64,000 bases of DNA. Source: Mobula hypostoma (lineage: Eukaryota). Both the position numbers and the translations under genes were made by a program. Shown in pieces: positions 1 through 12,234 of this stretch. The notes under the pieces are model-generated. The model did not search any database and was not told where the DNA came from. It saw nothing but the letters and a program-made list of their open reading frames with translations. The first letter of the stretch is position 1. Each line of letters opens with the position of its first letter. Location of the stretch: NCBI RefSeq assembly GCF_963921235.1, contig NC_086098.1:3224001-3288000 (forward strand), in the 5' to 3' direction.

Positions 1-450
1 TCTGAGACACTGCTTCCTAAAGACGTCCTGGGTACTTTGTAGGCTAGTAGACAAGATGGAGCTTATTAGATTTACAACCTTCTGTAGCTTCTTTCGGTCC
101 TGTGCAGTAGCCCCTCCATACAGACAGTGATGCAGCCTGTCAGGATGCTCTCCACGGTACAACTATAGAAGTTTTTGAGTGTATTTGTTGACATGTCAAA
201 TCTCTTCAAACTCCTAAAAAAGTATAGTCGCTGTCTTGCCTTCTTTATAAGTACATCAATATGTTGGGACCAGGTTAGATACTCAGCGATCTTGACACCC
301 AGGAACTTGAAGCTGCTCGCTCTCTCCACTTCTGATCTTCTGATCCCTCTATGAGGATTGGTATGTGTTCCTTCATCTTACCCTTTCTTCAATCTGCTCT
401 TTTGGCTTACTGACGTTGAGTGCCAGGTTGTTGCTGCAGCACCACTCCAC
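1..450 (-). mobile_element. Rex1/Babar-like LINE, 3' RT fragment
   Basis: ORF 72..329 FKFLGV..LTWSQH..KKARQRLYFFRSLKRF..FYSCTVESILTGCITV is the typical Rex/Babar ORF C-terminus; close copy at 40325-41068. Confidence 0.8.
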
Positions 451-452
451 TA

Positions 453-931
453 GTTTGTTTTCTTGCAACAAGATGGTCCTATCGAGGGGTGATGGGAGAC
501 AGCGATACTCGAAGGGGGTTACTTATGTCCAGTCTATTCCGCAATTTAGTTTTCGTTGCATTCATTGCAGAAAAGTCTGCTTCGCAGAGACATGATGTTG
601 GAAATGAAAGCAACATTTTCAGTGCTTCCGTGACTATCTCAGGATATTTAGCCTTGACTTTGATCCAGAATGCCGGCAGAGATGTTATGTCAAACATACT
701 TTTCAGCCCGCCGTCATTTGCAAGCTCGAGGAGTTGATCTTCTTCCCGTGCTGACATGGATGACGCGTGCGTAATGACCGTGCGTGCGTTCAAATTCAAC
801 AGTGGGCATGACAGGGAATGAGGAAAGGTGCAGGTGACTCATATCGCCAAATCATATCGTTTCCTCACGGCCCGGTAGTGCATGCTTTGCGGCCCGGTAC
901 CGGTCCGCAGCCCGGTAGTTGGGAACCGCTG
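453..931 (-). mobile_element. hAT (Buster/Charlie-like) transposon remnant with C-terminal dimerisation-domain fragment and one terminal inverted repeat (TIR)
   Basis: ORF 479..799 FW...YPEI...ALKMLLSFPTSCLCEADFSAM..TKTKLRNRL; end GTTGGGAACCGCTG (918-931); 780-931 resembles 30118-30270. Confidence 0.85.
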
Positions 932-934
932 ATC

Positions 935-2110
935 TAGATATCAGGGGTCATGAAGTGTGTGAAATTACCATTAGTAGAGAGAGAAAATTATTGGGAAACT
1001 AAAAGGTCTGAAGGTAGATAAATCACCAGGACCAGGTAGTGTACACCCCAGAGTTCTGAAAGAGGTGGCTGAAGAGATTGTAAAGGCTTTAGTAATGATC
1101 TTTCAAGAATCACTAGATTCTAGAATGGTTACAGAAGACTGGAAAATTGTGAATGTCATTCACTCTTCAAGAAGGGAGAGAGTCAGAATAAAAGAAACTA
1201 TAGGCCAGTTAGTCTGTCCTCAGTGGTTAGGAAGACGTTGGAGTTGATTATTAAAGATGAGGTCACAGGGTACTTGGAGGCACATGATAAAATAGGCCGT
1301 AGACAGCATGGTTTCACCAGAGGAAAATCTTCCCAAACAAATCTGTTGGAATTATTTGAAGAAATAACAGGTAGGATAGACAAAGGAATCGTAATGTTGA
1401 GTACTTGGATTTTCAGAAGGTCTTTGACAAGGTGCCACACATGAGGCTGTTTAACAAGCTACGTGGTATTACCGGAAAGATTCTAGCATGGATAAAGCAG
1501 TGGCTGATTGGCAGGAGGCAACGAGTGGGAATAAAAGGAGCCCTTTTTGCCAGTGACCAGTGGTGTTCCACAGGGGTCTGTTTTGGGATGATGGAATTCA
1601 TGACTTTGTTGTAAAGTTTGCAGATGATTTGAAGATAAGTGGAGGGGCAGGTAATTTTGAGGAAGTAGAGAGGCTACAGAAGGACTTGGATGGATTGGGG
1701 GAATGGGCAAGGAAGTGGCAGATGGAACACAGTGTTGGGAAGTGTATGATCATGCATTTTGGTAGAAGAAATGAAAGGGTTGGCTATTTTCTCAATGGAG
1801 AGGAAACACAAAAACAGAGGCGCAAGTGGACTTGGGAGTCCTTGTGCAAGATTCCCTAAAAGTTAATTTGCAGGGCGAATCTGGTGAGGAAGGCAAGTTA
1901 GTGTTAATTTCAAGAGGACTAGAATATAAAGGCAAGGATGTGATGTTGAAACTTTATAAAGCACTGGTAACACCTCACTTGGAGTATGCACAATTTTGGA
2001 CCCCTTATCTTCGAAAAGATGTGCTGAAAGTGGAGAAGGTCCAAGGAAGGTTCATGAAAATGATTCCAGGATTGAATAGCTTGTCATATGAAGATGGCTC
2101 TGGGTCTGTA
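935..2110 (+). mobile_element. Decayed CR1 LINE ORF2 (RT) fragment
   Basis: Frameshifted CR1 motifs QHGFTRGKS, DFQKVFDKVPH, KFADD, LYKALVTPHLEY. Confidence 0.9.
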
Positions 2111-2787
2111 TTACAGACAGCAGTGAGAATCAAATCACAATCTTCTCTCAATCAAGGTAAAGCATTATGCTCACCACTATGCTACCACGCAGCCCCAGCC
2201 AGCGAACTTGCAGGATGTCTCTCTGAAGATTTCAGTACAAAATCCACTATTCTAGCAGAGCTTAGGACTGACATGGACAGGATTTCAAAATCAGACTCAG
2301 AAACAAGCACTTAGTTGCTATCTTTGCTCCCAAAGGAGGCAGCATGGTGATATAACTTTCCTTTGCCTTGAAATGCTTGTTAGTGGCTAATAGCGTCCTG
2401 ATAAAGGTTGATGGTAAGTATCTGTAATTTAACACAATTACTTGATTACCACTTTCATTAAGTGATGAAGAGATCTCAGACATTTTCAGAACTATATCGA
2501 CCATTAAGTGCCTTCATCTTAATTAAAGGTAAATACTTTTATTCCATCTTGATTGCCACATTCATAATCCACACAGTTCGAACCAAGCGCTGCTCTGTTC
2601 ATTTTACTATGTACCCTTTCTCAGCTCCTAGGTTTAAGAACCTTTTACAGTTTTCAGTTGATTAAGATGACTATTACAGTTCCTACACTGTCTCCTTTTC
2701 AGTCTGCTTAAATGACTGATGTCATGAACAGAGAAAAAATAAGCTGAGTGGAGGGAGATGAAGGGAGGCAAATGGTAAGCAAAATAT

Positions 2788-3260
2788 CAACACAAGAGAT
2801 TCTTCGGATGATCGAAATCCAGAGCAACACACACAAAATGCTGGAGGAACTCAGCAGTCAGGCAGCATCAATGGAAATGAATAAACAGTCGACATTTCGA
2901 GCTGAGACACTTCTTCAGGAAAGGAAGGGGGAAGAAGCCAGAATAAGTAGGTGAGGAGGACGAACTGGCAGGTGACAGGTGAGACCAGGTGAGAGGGAGC
3001 TGAGTGAGTGAGGGAGGGGGAATGATGGTGGAAGCCGATAGGAGGACTCTCACTTCATCCACCCTCCCCCACCCATTCACCTTCCCCTTCACCAGGTCTC
3101 CCCTCTCACCTTCTAGCTTGTCCTCCTTCCCCTCTACCCCACTTCTGCCTTTCTTTCCAGTCGTGAAGAAGGGTCTCAGCCTGAAACACCGACCGTTTAT
3201 TCACTTCCATAGACGCTGCCTGACCTGCTGAGCTCCTACAGCATTTTGTGTGTGCTACTC
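2788..3260. mobile_element. Old fold-back (inverted pseudo-LTR, pLTR) Penelope-like derivative
   Basis: About 2827-2920 is the diverged reverse complement of about 3160-3255; purine-rich then pyrimidine-rich interior; degenerate hammerhead in each arm. Confidence 0.75.
2887..2920 (-). ncRNA. Degenerate minimal hammerhead ribozyme motif
   Basis: Minus strand TC-CTGAAGA-AGTGTCTCAGCTC-GAAA-TG-TC-GACT; stems poorly preserved. Confidence 0.4.
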
Positions 3261-4317
3261 CTCACTGCTGATTCCTCAGATACTGGAATTGGTTTAGTAC
3301 TGTCACATGTATGAGAAACAGTGAAAATCTTGTGTTGCATACTGTTCGTACAGATCAGATCACTACACAGTGCACTGAGGTAGAGAAAGGCAAACATGTA
3401 ACGATGCAGAGTAAAGTAAATGATAAGGGGCAAGATCATAGCTAGACCGATTGTGAGTCCATCGCAATGTACAAGAGGTCCACTCAGGAGATTTATAACC
3501 GCGGGATAGAAGCTGTCTTTGAGACTGCTGGTATATGCTTTCAGGCTGTTTCCATGACTTGGCCAGCACAGCTGTTTGTGGCAATGAATTCCACAGATTC
3601 ACCACCCTCTGGTTTAAGAAATTCTGCCTCAGCTCTGTTCTAAGGGGATTTTCTTCTATTCCAAGACACCCATTTATACGAAATATCCTCCCCACACCCA
3701 AAAGCCAAGGAGGGAGGAGAAGATGGCGGCGCGACGCAGTGCACCCGGCCATTCCGAATGAATATCGATATGTGTAACTAGGGGTGCCGTGCACAATCCA
3801 GATTTGATGGAGACAGCTGTGAGAAAGCGCAGAGGAACATCTGGATTAACTTCTGAAATGCCCACTTCGCTGCCACTGCTACTGTGCGATCGAGAATCTC
3901 CGGAGACGAAGGCCCCAAATCCTCGGCTTTGCGTATCGCCTGTCGCTGGGGCCGGGGTTGAAACACTCTGCAGAGATGGTGCTCGGTGTCGAATAGGTGG
4001 TTGGAGGCTCGGAGTTTTTCGGACGGACTCGGAGTCGGACTGTGGTCGGATGCTTCCGGGATGCTGCATTGGCAAGTTGGCGGCGCTGGAGGTTTACCGT
4101 CTGTGTGAGATGATGGGACTTTCAAGAGACTTTGAGACTTTTACTGTGCCATGGTCTGTTCTTATCAAATTATGGTATTGCTTTGCACCGTTGTAACTGT
4201 ATGTTATAATTATGTGGTTTTTGTTAGTTTTTAAGTCAGTTTGTCGTGTGTTTTTGCGATATCATTCTGGAAAAACATTCTTATCATTTCTTAATGCATG
4301 CATTACTAAATGACAAT

Positions 4318-5790
4318 TGTAACGTTCCGTTATATTGGCTCGTATATGTCTGGGGAAAATCCCACCCAGCACCTGCCTCAACACTCCCCACAGGGTCGGT
4401 CGCCGCCCGAATCAATCCCAAACATCAATCATCAGCCAGCACACCCAGTAAATTTTAACAAGTACACTTTATAGATGTTACTAATTCTATGACATTAATA
4501 TGAATTTGATACAGAGAGGAAAGTAATGACAAAAAGGCGCCAACACTTATCAAAGTCCAAGTTCTTTGCGCGCTACCGTTGGAGCTCAATCGATTCCGGA
4601 TGACTACCCGGAGTGATCGACCGGAGCCTTTCCGCACGTCCGCCGTCCTCCCCGTCTCTCCTCCGACTCCCCGCCAAAAACCCTGTCCGCCGTCCTCCTC
4701 GTCTCTCCTCCGACTCCCCGCCAAAACCCCCATACGTCCGCTGTCCTCCCCGTCTCTCCTCCAACTCCCCCCAAAAACCCCGTCCACAGTCCTCCCCGTC
4801 TCTCCTCCGACTCCCCCCAAAAACCCCGTCTGCCGTCCTCCCCGTCTCTCCTCCGACTCCCCCAAAAACCCCATCCTCCGTCCTCCCCGTCTCTCCTCCG
4901 ACTCCTCGTCTCTCCTCCGACTCCCCGCCAAAAACCCCGTCCGCCGTCCTTCTCGTCTCTCCTCCGACTCCCCGCCAAAAACCCCGTCCGCCGTCCTCTC
5001 CATCTCTCCTCCAACTCCCCGTCTCTCCACCATCCTCCCCGTCTCTCCTCCGACTCCCCGTCAAAAACCCCCGCACGTCCGCTGTCCTCCCCGTCTCTCC
5101 TCCGAATCCCCCCAAAAACCCCTGTCCGCTATCCTCCCCGTCTCTCCTCCGACTCCCCCCCAAAAACCCCCGCACATCCACCGTCCTCCGCGTCTCTCCT
5201 CCGACTCCCCGTCTCTCCTCCGACTCCCCCCAAAAATCCCGTCCGCCGTCCTCCCCGTCTCTCCTCTGACTCCTCGTCTCTCCATCGTCCTCCCCATCTC
5301 TCCTCCGATTCCCCACCAAAAACCCCGTCCACCGTCCTCCCCGTCTCTCCTCCGACTCCCTGCCAAAAACCCCGTCCACCATCCTCCCCGTCTCTCCTCC
5401 GACTCTCCGACTCCCCGTCTCTCCTCCGTCCTACTCGTCTCTCCTCCGACTCCCCGTCTCTCCTCCGTCCTCCTCGTCTCTCCTCCGACTCCCTGTCTCT
5501 CCTCCGACTCCCCGTCTCTCCTCCGACTCCCCATCTCTCCCCCGACTCCCCGTCTCTCCACTGTCCTCCCTGTCTCTCCTCCAACTCCCCCCCCAAAACC
5601 CCGTCCGCAGACATATGATGCACCATTATCATCCGAAAACAAAATGACACATGACCACCCATTGGTTAATAGCACCCTGCTATCTGTACTAACCCAAGCA
5701 AATGTCTAGTTGGAGACTTTCTCAGCATTCCCCAGTAAAACATAACAAGAGAAGCCATTTTAAATTTAACAAAAAGAAAGACCCCGTACA
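4318..5790. mobile_element. Solo LTR expanded by an internal minisatellite
   Basis: TGTAAC...GTACA termini; 4-bp TSD CAAT at 4314-4317 and 5791-5794. Confidence 0.75.
4635..5610. repeat. C-rich minisatellite (CCGTCCTCCCCGTCTCTCCTCCGACTCCCC + CCAAAAACCC modules)
   Basis: Directly visible tandem array with variable unit length; source of the Pro/Ser- and Gly/Arg/Glu-rich ORFs. Confidence 0.95.
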
Positions 5791-5974
5791 CAATAAAAGG
5801 GGACCGCGCGTCCTCATAATCATAATAATCATAATCTATCTGCTTTTCAATATTTGGTAGGTTTTCATGAAATATCCAGATCCAGTATCAATGATATCAT
5901 CAAGCAGCCAATTTCATTAAAAAAATTGTCACAAACATCAAACCAGCAGGTGAAATTCACAAACCTTAAAATAG

Positions 5975-6400
5975 TCATAGATTTCATAGAACACAATAGC
6001 ACAAAATTGGGCCTTTCAGGCCATCTAGTCTATGCTGAATTATTAATCTGCCGAGTCCTATTGACCAATTATAGCCCTCCATATCAATCCCATCCATGTA
6101 TCTATCCAAATTTCTCTTAAATGTTGAAATCAAACCTGTATCCATCACTTCCACTCATAGCTTATTGCACACTCTCACCACCCTCTGAGTGAAGAGGATC
6201 CTCCTCATGTTCCCAATAAACATTTCATCTTTCACCTTTAGCCCATGACCTCTTATTTTATTCTTACCCAAACTCAGTGGAAGATGTCTGCTTGCCTTTA
6301 CCCTATCTATTCCCTCTCATAATTTTGTATATCTCTGTCAAATCTCTCTTAGTCTTCTGCACCTCAGAAAATAAAGTCCTGATATATCCAACCCTTCCGT
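5975..6400 (-). mobile_element. Older CR1 3' end; continues at about 8981-9030 after the younger CR1 insertion
   Basis: Reverse complement of the CR1 3' region seen in other copies; sequence resumes GGTCCTCAAGTC after 8980. Confidence 0.65.
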
Positions 6401-6408
6401 ATAAATCA

Positions 6409-8971
6409 TCTACAAGCCCCCAAACAGTAGCATGGATATTGGGTGCAAATTGAATAGGGAGTTAACAATGGCATGTGGCAAAGGAAATGTCGCAGTAGTT
6501 ATGGGGGATTTCAACATGCAGGTGAACTGGGAAAATCAGGTTGGTACTGGACCCCAGGATAGGGAGTTTGTAGAGTGCCTACGGGATGCATTTTTGGAGC
6601 AGCTTGTATGAGAGCCGACCAGGGATAAGGCTATTCTGGATTTAGTGTTGTGCAATGAACAGGATTTGATAAGTGATCTTGAAGTAAAGGAGCCATTAGG
6701 AGGTAGTGACCATAATATGATAAGTTGTTATCTGCAAGTTGAGAGGGATAAGGGCAGATCAGAAGTGTCAGTATTGCAGTTGAACAAAGGAGACTATGGA
6801 ACCATGAGGGAGGAGCTGGCCAAAGTTGACTGGTTGGATATCCTAGCAGAAAAGACAGTGGAACAGCAATGGCAGGTATTCTTGGGAATAATGCACAAGG
6901 TGCAAAATCAGTTCATCCCCCGGAGAAGGAAGGATTCAAAGGGGGGAAAGTGACCACAGTGGTTGACAAAGGAAGTCGGAGATAGCATAGCATTAAAAAA
7001 GAAGTATAACAGAGCTAAGGAAGATGGATGATTGGGAAATTTTTAAGGAGCAACAGAACTTAACTAAAAAGGCAATACGGGGAGAAAAAATGAGGTATGA
7101 ACGCAAGCTAGTTAGGAATATAAAGGAGGATAGCAAAAGTTTTTTTTAGGTACGTGAAGAGAAGGAAGATAGTTAAGAACAATGATGGGCCCTTGAAGAA
7201 TGAATTGGGAGAAATTGTTATGGGAAACAGAGAAATGGCAGACGAATTTAATAAGTACTTTGGATCTGTCTTCACTAGGGAAGACACAAGCAATCTCCTA
7301 GATGTATGGATGGGCCAAGGACATAGGGTAACAGAGGAACTGAAACAGATTGACATTAAGAAGGAAACGGTGATGAGTAGACTGATGGGACTGAAGGCTA
7401 ACAAATCCCCAGGTCCAGATGGTCTGCATCCTAGGGTACTAAAGGAGGTGGCTCTGGAAATTGCAGATGCGTTGGTGATCATTTTCCAATGTTCCTTAGG
7501 TTCGGGATCAGTTCCTGAGGATTGGTGAGTGGTTAATGTTATCCCACTTTTTAAGAAAGGAGGGAGGGACAAAACAGAGAACTATTGCCCTGTTAGCCTA
7601 ACATCAGTAGTGGGGAAGATGCTAGAGTCCATTATTAAAGATGAAATAGCAGCATATCTTGATAGCAGTGATAGGATTGGACCAAGCCAGCATGGATTTA
7701 CCAAGGGCAAATCATGCTTGACTAATCTATTGGAGTTTTTCAAGGATGCAACCAGGAAGATAGACGCGGGAGATCCAGTGGATGTGGTGTACCTTGACTT
7801 TCAGAAGGCATTTGATAAGGTACCACATAGGAGATTGGTGGGTAAAATCAGAGCTCATGGCATTGGGGGGAGGATATTGACATGGATAGTAAACTGGTTG
7901 GCAGATAGAAAGCAAAGGGTAGCAGTGAATGGGTGTTTCTCGAAATGGCAGCTGGTGACTAGTGGGGTGCCACAGGGCTCGGTATTGGGACCACAGCTGT
8001 TTACAATTTACGTCAATGATTTAGAGGAAGGCATTGTGAATAATATCAGCAAGTTTGCTGATGATACTAAGCTGGGTGGCAGTGTGACATGTGATGAAGA
8101 TGTTAGGAGAATTCAAGGTGACTTGGATCGGCTGGGTGAGTGGGCAGAAACTTGGCAGATGGCGTTTAATGTGAATAAGTGTGAGGTTATTCACTTTGGG
8201 AGCAAGAACAGGAAGGCAGATTATTATCTGAACGGAGTGGAGTTAGGTAAGGGAGAAATACAAAGAGTTCTAGGAGTACTTGTTCATCAGTCTCTGAAGG
8301 TGAATGAGCAAGTGCAGCAGGCAGTGAAGAAGGCTAATGGAATGTTGGCCTTTATTACAAAGGGAATTGAGTACAAGAGCAAGGAAATCCTTCTGCATTT
8401 GTACAGGGCCCTGGTGAGACCACACCTGGAGTATTGTGTGCAGTTTTGGTCTCCAGGGTTAAGGAAGGACATCCTGGCTGTGGAGGAGGTGCAGCGTAGA
8501 TTCACTAGGTTAATTCCTGGGATGTCTGGACTGTCTTAAGCAGAGAGATTAGAGACACTGGGCTTGTACACGCTGGAATTAAAGAGATTGAGGGGGGATC
8601 TGATTGAGACATATAAGATTATTAAAGGATTGGACAAGATAGAGGCAGGAAATATATTCCAGATGCTGGGAGAGTCCAGTACCAGAGGGCATGGTTTAAG
8701 AATAAGGGGTAGGTCATTTAGGACAGAGTTGAGGAGGAACTTCTTCTCCCAGAGAGTTGTGGAGGTGTGGAACGCGCTGCCTCAGAAGGCAGTGGAGGCC
8801 AATTCTCTGGATGCTTTCAAGGAGGAGCTAGATAGGTATCTTATGGATAGGGGAATCAAGGGTTATGGGGACAAGGCAGGAACCGGGTATTGATAGTGGA
8901 TGATCAGCCATGATCTCAGAATGGCGGTGCAGGCTCGAAGGGCTGAATGGTCTACTTCTGCACCTATTGTC
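6409..8971 (+). mobile_element. 5'-truncated CR1 LINE: partial endonuclease, RT and 3' UTR (best-preserved copy)
   Basis: GDFN and GSDHN endonuclease motifs; ORF 7529..8539 with QHGF, YLDFQKAFDKVPH, GVPQGSVLGP, FADD; several stops; TSD TATAAATCA at 6400-6408 and 8972-8980. Confidence 0.95.
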
Positions 8972-9069
8972 TATAAATCAGGTCCTCAAGTCTTGGCAAC
9001 ATCCTCATAAATTTTCTTTGCAATCTTTCAATCTTATTTTCAGGCAGAATGGCCTAATTCTGCTCCAAT

Positions 9070-9172
9070 GTCTTCTGGCCTTATCATCTTCTGGTCTTAT
9101 CATCTTCTCGTCTTAACATCTTCTGGTTTTATTATCTTCTGGTCTTATTATCTTCTGGTCTTACCATCTTCA
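9070..9172. repeat. Short tandem repeat, about 16-bp unit TCTTCTGGTCTTATCA
   Basis: About six imperfect copies visible. Confidence 0.8.
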
Positions 9173-10003
9173 TACAGCTGAGTCACCTTTAACCCATGAC
9201 TTCTAGTTCTAGTCTCACCCAACTTTAGTCAAAAAATACCTGCTTATATCCCTGTCAATAAACTTTGAAACATCTTAAAGGGTACAAAAGAATTGCAACA
9301 TACAGATGAGATTAAATGATCAACCAAAATATCATAAAAAGCTTTTAAAAATAAAAAAAAATCCTTTTTGAACAGACATGGAATGTTGAAATATTTTCTC
9401 CCTGAGAAAATGACAACCAATATGTGTGAACTTAATTTATTTTGAGCCAGAGCGACAGTTCTGTAGTAATGAATTCATTTTCTATAAAAACTCTTCTAAA
9501 AGAACATAATATTATCAGTCTTTTTTAAAGCAGCAAAAATTAAACTGATGACAGTTTCTTGATTTCCACAGATGATGCTGGGAAGTCCTGCATCAGCATT
9601 GCAGGGAAGGAGCCGGAAATCACTGACAGCGACTCTGAATCTTTGCCGTTAACTACGCACATGTGTGCTCCTAATGTTGCCTCAGACTTCCACTTCTCCA
9701 TGAAAAATCTAGGATAATCTCTCACACCAAATTTCAGGCCAGCCCATTCCCTGTCTCTTACACAACAGTCTTGTTTACTCCTTGGCCCCCATTTTTAAAA
9801 ATGTTATTTATTTAGTGACAGGAGGTGCGTGGCAGCAGGGCCTTCCAGTCCAATGAGATGTACCAGTAGAGTATTATAAAACTATCTTCGGCTAAAAAAA
9901 AATGTCTTGGTAACAACAAAATGATTTCACATAAAAACATAAACACAAGAGGTTCCGCAGATGCTGAAAATCCAAAGAAACACACACAAAATGCTGAAGG
10001 TCT

Positions 10004-11535
10004 CGGATGAGATATACCCCCGGCTACTGTGGGAGGCGAAGGAGCAAATTGCTGAGCCTCTGGCAATGATCTTTTCATCATCAATGGGGACGGGAGAGGT
10101 TCTGGAGGATTGGAGGGTTGCAGATGTTGTTCCCTTATTCAAGAAAGGGAGAAGAGATAGCCCAGGAAATTATAGACCGGTGAGTCTTACTTCAGTGGCT
10201 GGCAAATTGATGGAAAAGATCCTGAGAGGCAGGATTTGGAGAGGAATAATATGAATAGGAATAGTCAGCATGGCTTTGTGAAAGGCAGATCATGCCTTAC
10301 GAGCCTGATTGAATTTTTTGAGGATGTGATTAAACACATTGATGAAGGTAGAGCAGTAGAGGTAGTGTATATGGATTTCAGCAAGGCATTTGGTAAGGTA
10401 CCCCATGCAAGGCTTACTGAGAAAGTAAGGAGGAATGGGATCCAAGGGGACCTTGCGTTGTGGATCCAGAATTGGTTTGGTCACAGAAGGCAAAGAGTGG
10501 TTGTAGGTGGGTTGTATTCTGCATGGAGGTCGGAGACCACTGGTGTGCCTCGGGGATCTGTTCTGGGACCCCTACTCTTTGTGATTTTTATAAATGACCT
10601 GGATGAGGAAGTGGAGGAATAGGTTAGTAAATTTGCTGATGACACAAATGTTGGGAGTGTTGTGGATAGTGTGGAGGGCTGTCAGAGGTTACAGCGGGAC
10701 ATGATAGGATGCAAAACTTGGCTGAGAAGTGGCAGATGGAGTTCAGCCTAGATAAGTGTGAGGTCGTCATTTTGGTAGGTCAAATATGATGGCAGAATAT
10801 AGTATTAATGGTAAGATTCTTGGCAGTGTGGAGGATCAGAGGGATCTTGGGGTCTGATTCCATAGGACACTCAAAGCTGCTACGCAGGTTGACTCTGTGG
10901 TTAAGAAGGCATACGGTGCATTGGCCTTCATCAACTGTGGGATTGGGTTTAAGAGCCAAGAGGTAATGTTACAGCTCTATAGAACCCTGGTCAGACCCCA
11001 CTTGGAGTACTGTGCTCAGTTCTGGCCACCTCACTACAGGAAGGATGTGGAAAGCCTAGAAAGGGTGCAGAGGAGATTTACAAGGAGGTTGCCTGGAATG
11101 GGGAGCATGCCTTATAAGAATAGGTTGAGTGAACTTGGCCTTTTCTCCTTGGAGTGATGGAGGATGAGAGGTGACCTGATAGAGGTGTATAAGATGATGA
11201 GAGGCATTGATCATGTGGATAGTCGGAGGCTTTTACCCAGGGCTGAAGTAGCTAACTCGAGAGGGCACAGTTTTAAGGTGCTTGAAAGTAGGTACAGAGG
11301 AGATGTCAGGGTTTTTTTCCACAGAGAGTGGTGAGTGCGTGGAATGGGCTGCTGGCGATGGTGGTGGAGGCGAATACGATAGGGTCTTTTAAGAGACTGC
11401 TGGATAGGTACATGGGGCTTAGAAAAATAGAGGGCTATGGGTAACTCTAGGTAATTTCTCAGTAAGTACAAGTTCAGCACAGCATTGTGGGCGAAGGGCT
11501 TGTATTGTGCTGTATATTTTCTAAGATTATAGGTT
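10004..11535 (+). mobile_element. 5'-truncated CR1 LINE (RT region and 3' end), preceded by an antisense PLE tail fragment at about 9940-10003
   Basis: [44 protein letters not shown]. Confidence 0.9.
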
Positions 11536-11539
11536 ATGT

Positions 11540-12185
11540 CATGTGGGTAGGAAAGGTAAAGGGCTGTGCGGAAGGAGAGAAGAGTGGACCATGGGGGAAA
11601 GGGAAGGAGGGGGGTATCCAGAGGGAAGCAATAGGCAGGTGAGAAGAGGTAAAAGGCCAGAGTAGTGAATATAAGAGTGGAGGGGGGAGTGAAATTCAGT
11701 TTGGAGGCTCCCACAATGAAATATAAGCTGTCGCTCCTCCACCTGAAAGTGGGCGTATCTTAGTACAAAAGGAGGCCGTTGACCAATATATTGGAAAAGG
11801 AAAGGGAATTGAAATTATAGTGTTTGGTCACCGGGAAGTTCTGCTTGTGGCAGATGGAAAAGAAGTGCTTGCCGAAGCGGTCCCCCAACTTACAGCAGGT
11901 GTCACCAATGTAGAGGAGGCTGCGTGGGAAGCAGCGAACACAATAACACAACAGACAACCCTAGCAGATTCGAGGGTTAAGATTTGCCTCACCTGGAAGA
12001 CTGTTTGGGTCCTGAATAGGCGTGAGGGAGGAGGTGAATGGGCAGGTGTAGCACTTTGACGATTTGCAGGAATAAGCGTCAGGAGGGATGAACGGACAAT
12101 GGAATCTTGGAGGGAGCGGTCCCTGTGAAAAACAGGTGGGGGGGGGGAGGTAAAGATCTGTTTTGTGGTAGGATCTCTGATGTCC
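11540..12185 (-). mobile_element. Old Penelope-like element, GIY-YIG region
   Basis: CYCVRC..LLYIGDT..LGDRF.KH; CYTCP..F motif upstream; pyrimidine-rich 3' region on the minus strand. Confidence 0.75.
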
Positions 12186-12234
12186 CAGAAAGGAAGCCAC
12201 AACTTGGAAACAGATGCAGCGGAGATATAGCATA

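Larger units (their letters stand above)
3708..5835 (+). mobile_element. Non-autonomous retroposon (SINE-like), interrupted by a solo LTR
   Basis: CpG-rich head starting GGAGGAGAAGATGGCGGCG; tail ACTAAATGACAAT|AAAAGGGG...(CATAAT)n becomes contiguous when 4318-5794 is removed. Confidence 0.55.

Noticed and set aside
479..799. Domesticated ZBED/SCAND-type gene
   Set aside because: Short transposase fragment beside a TIR, with no splice context
4455..5709. Long Pro-rich and Gly/Arg-rich ORFs (up to 376 aa) as genes
   Set aside because: Open frames arise from a stop-free minisatellite inside an LTR
7529..8539. Active reverse transcriptase gene or retron-like system
   Set aside because: Fragment of a 5'-truncated CR1 with in-frame stops on both sides
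9572..9717. Plus-strand exon after ttcttgatttccacag
   Set aside because: Peptide unrecognised, ends in a stop, and no partner exons were found
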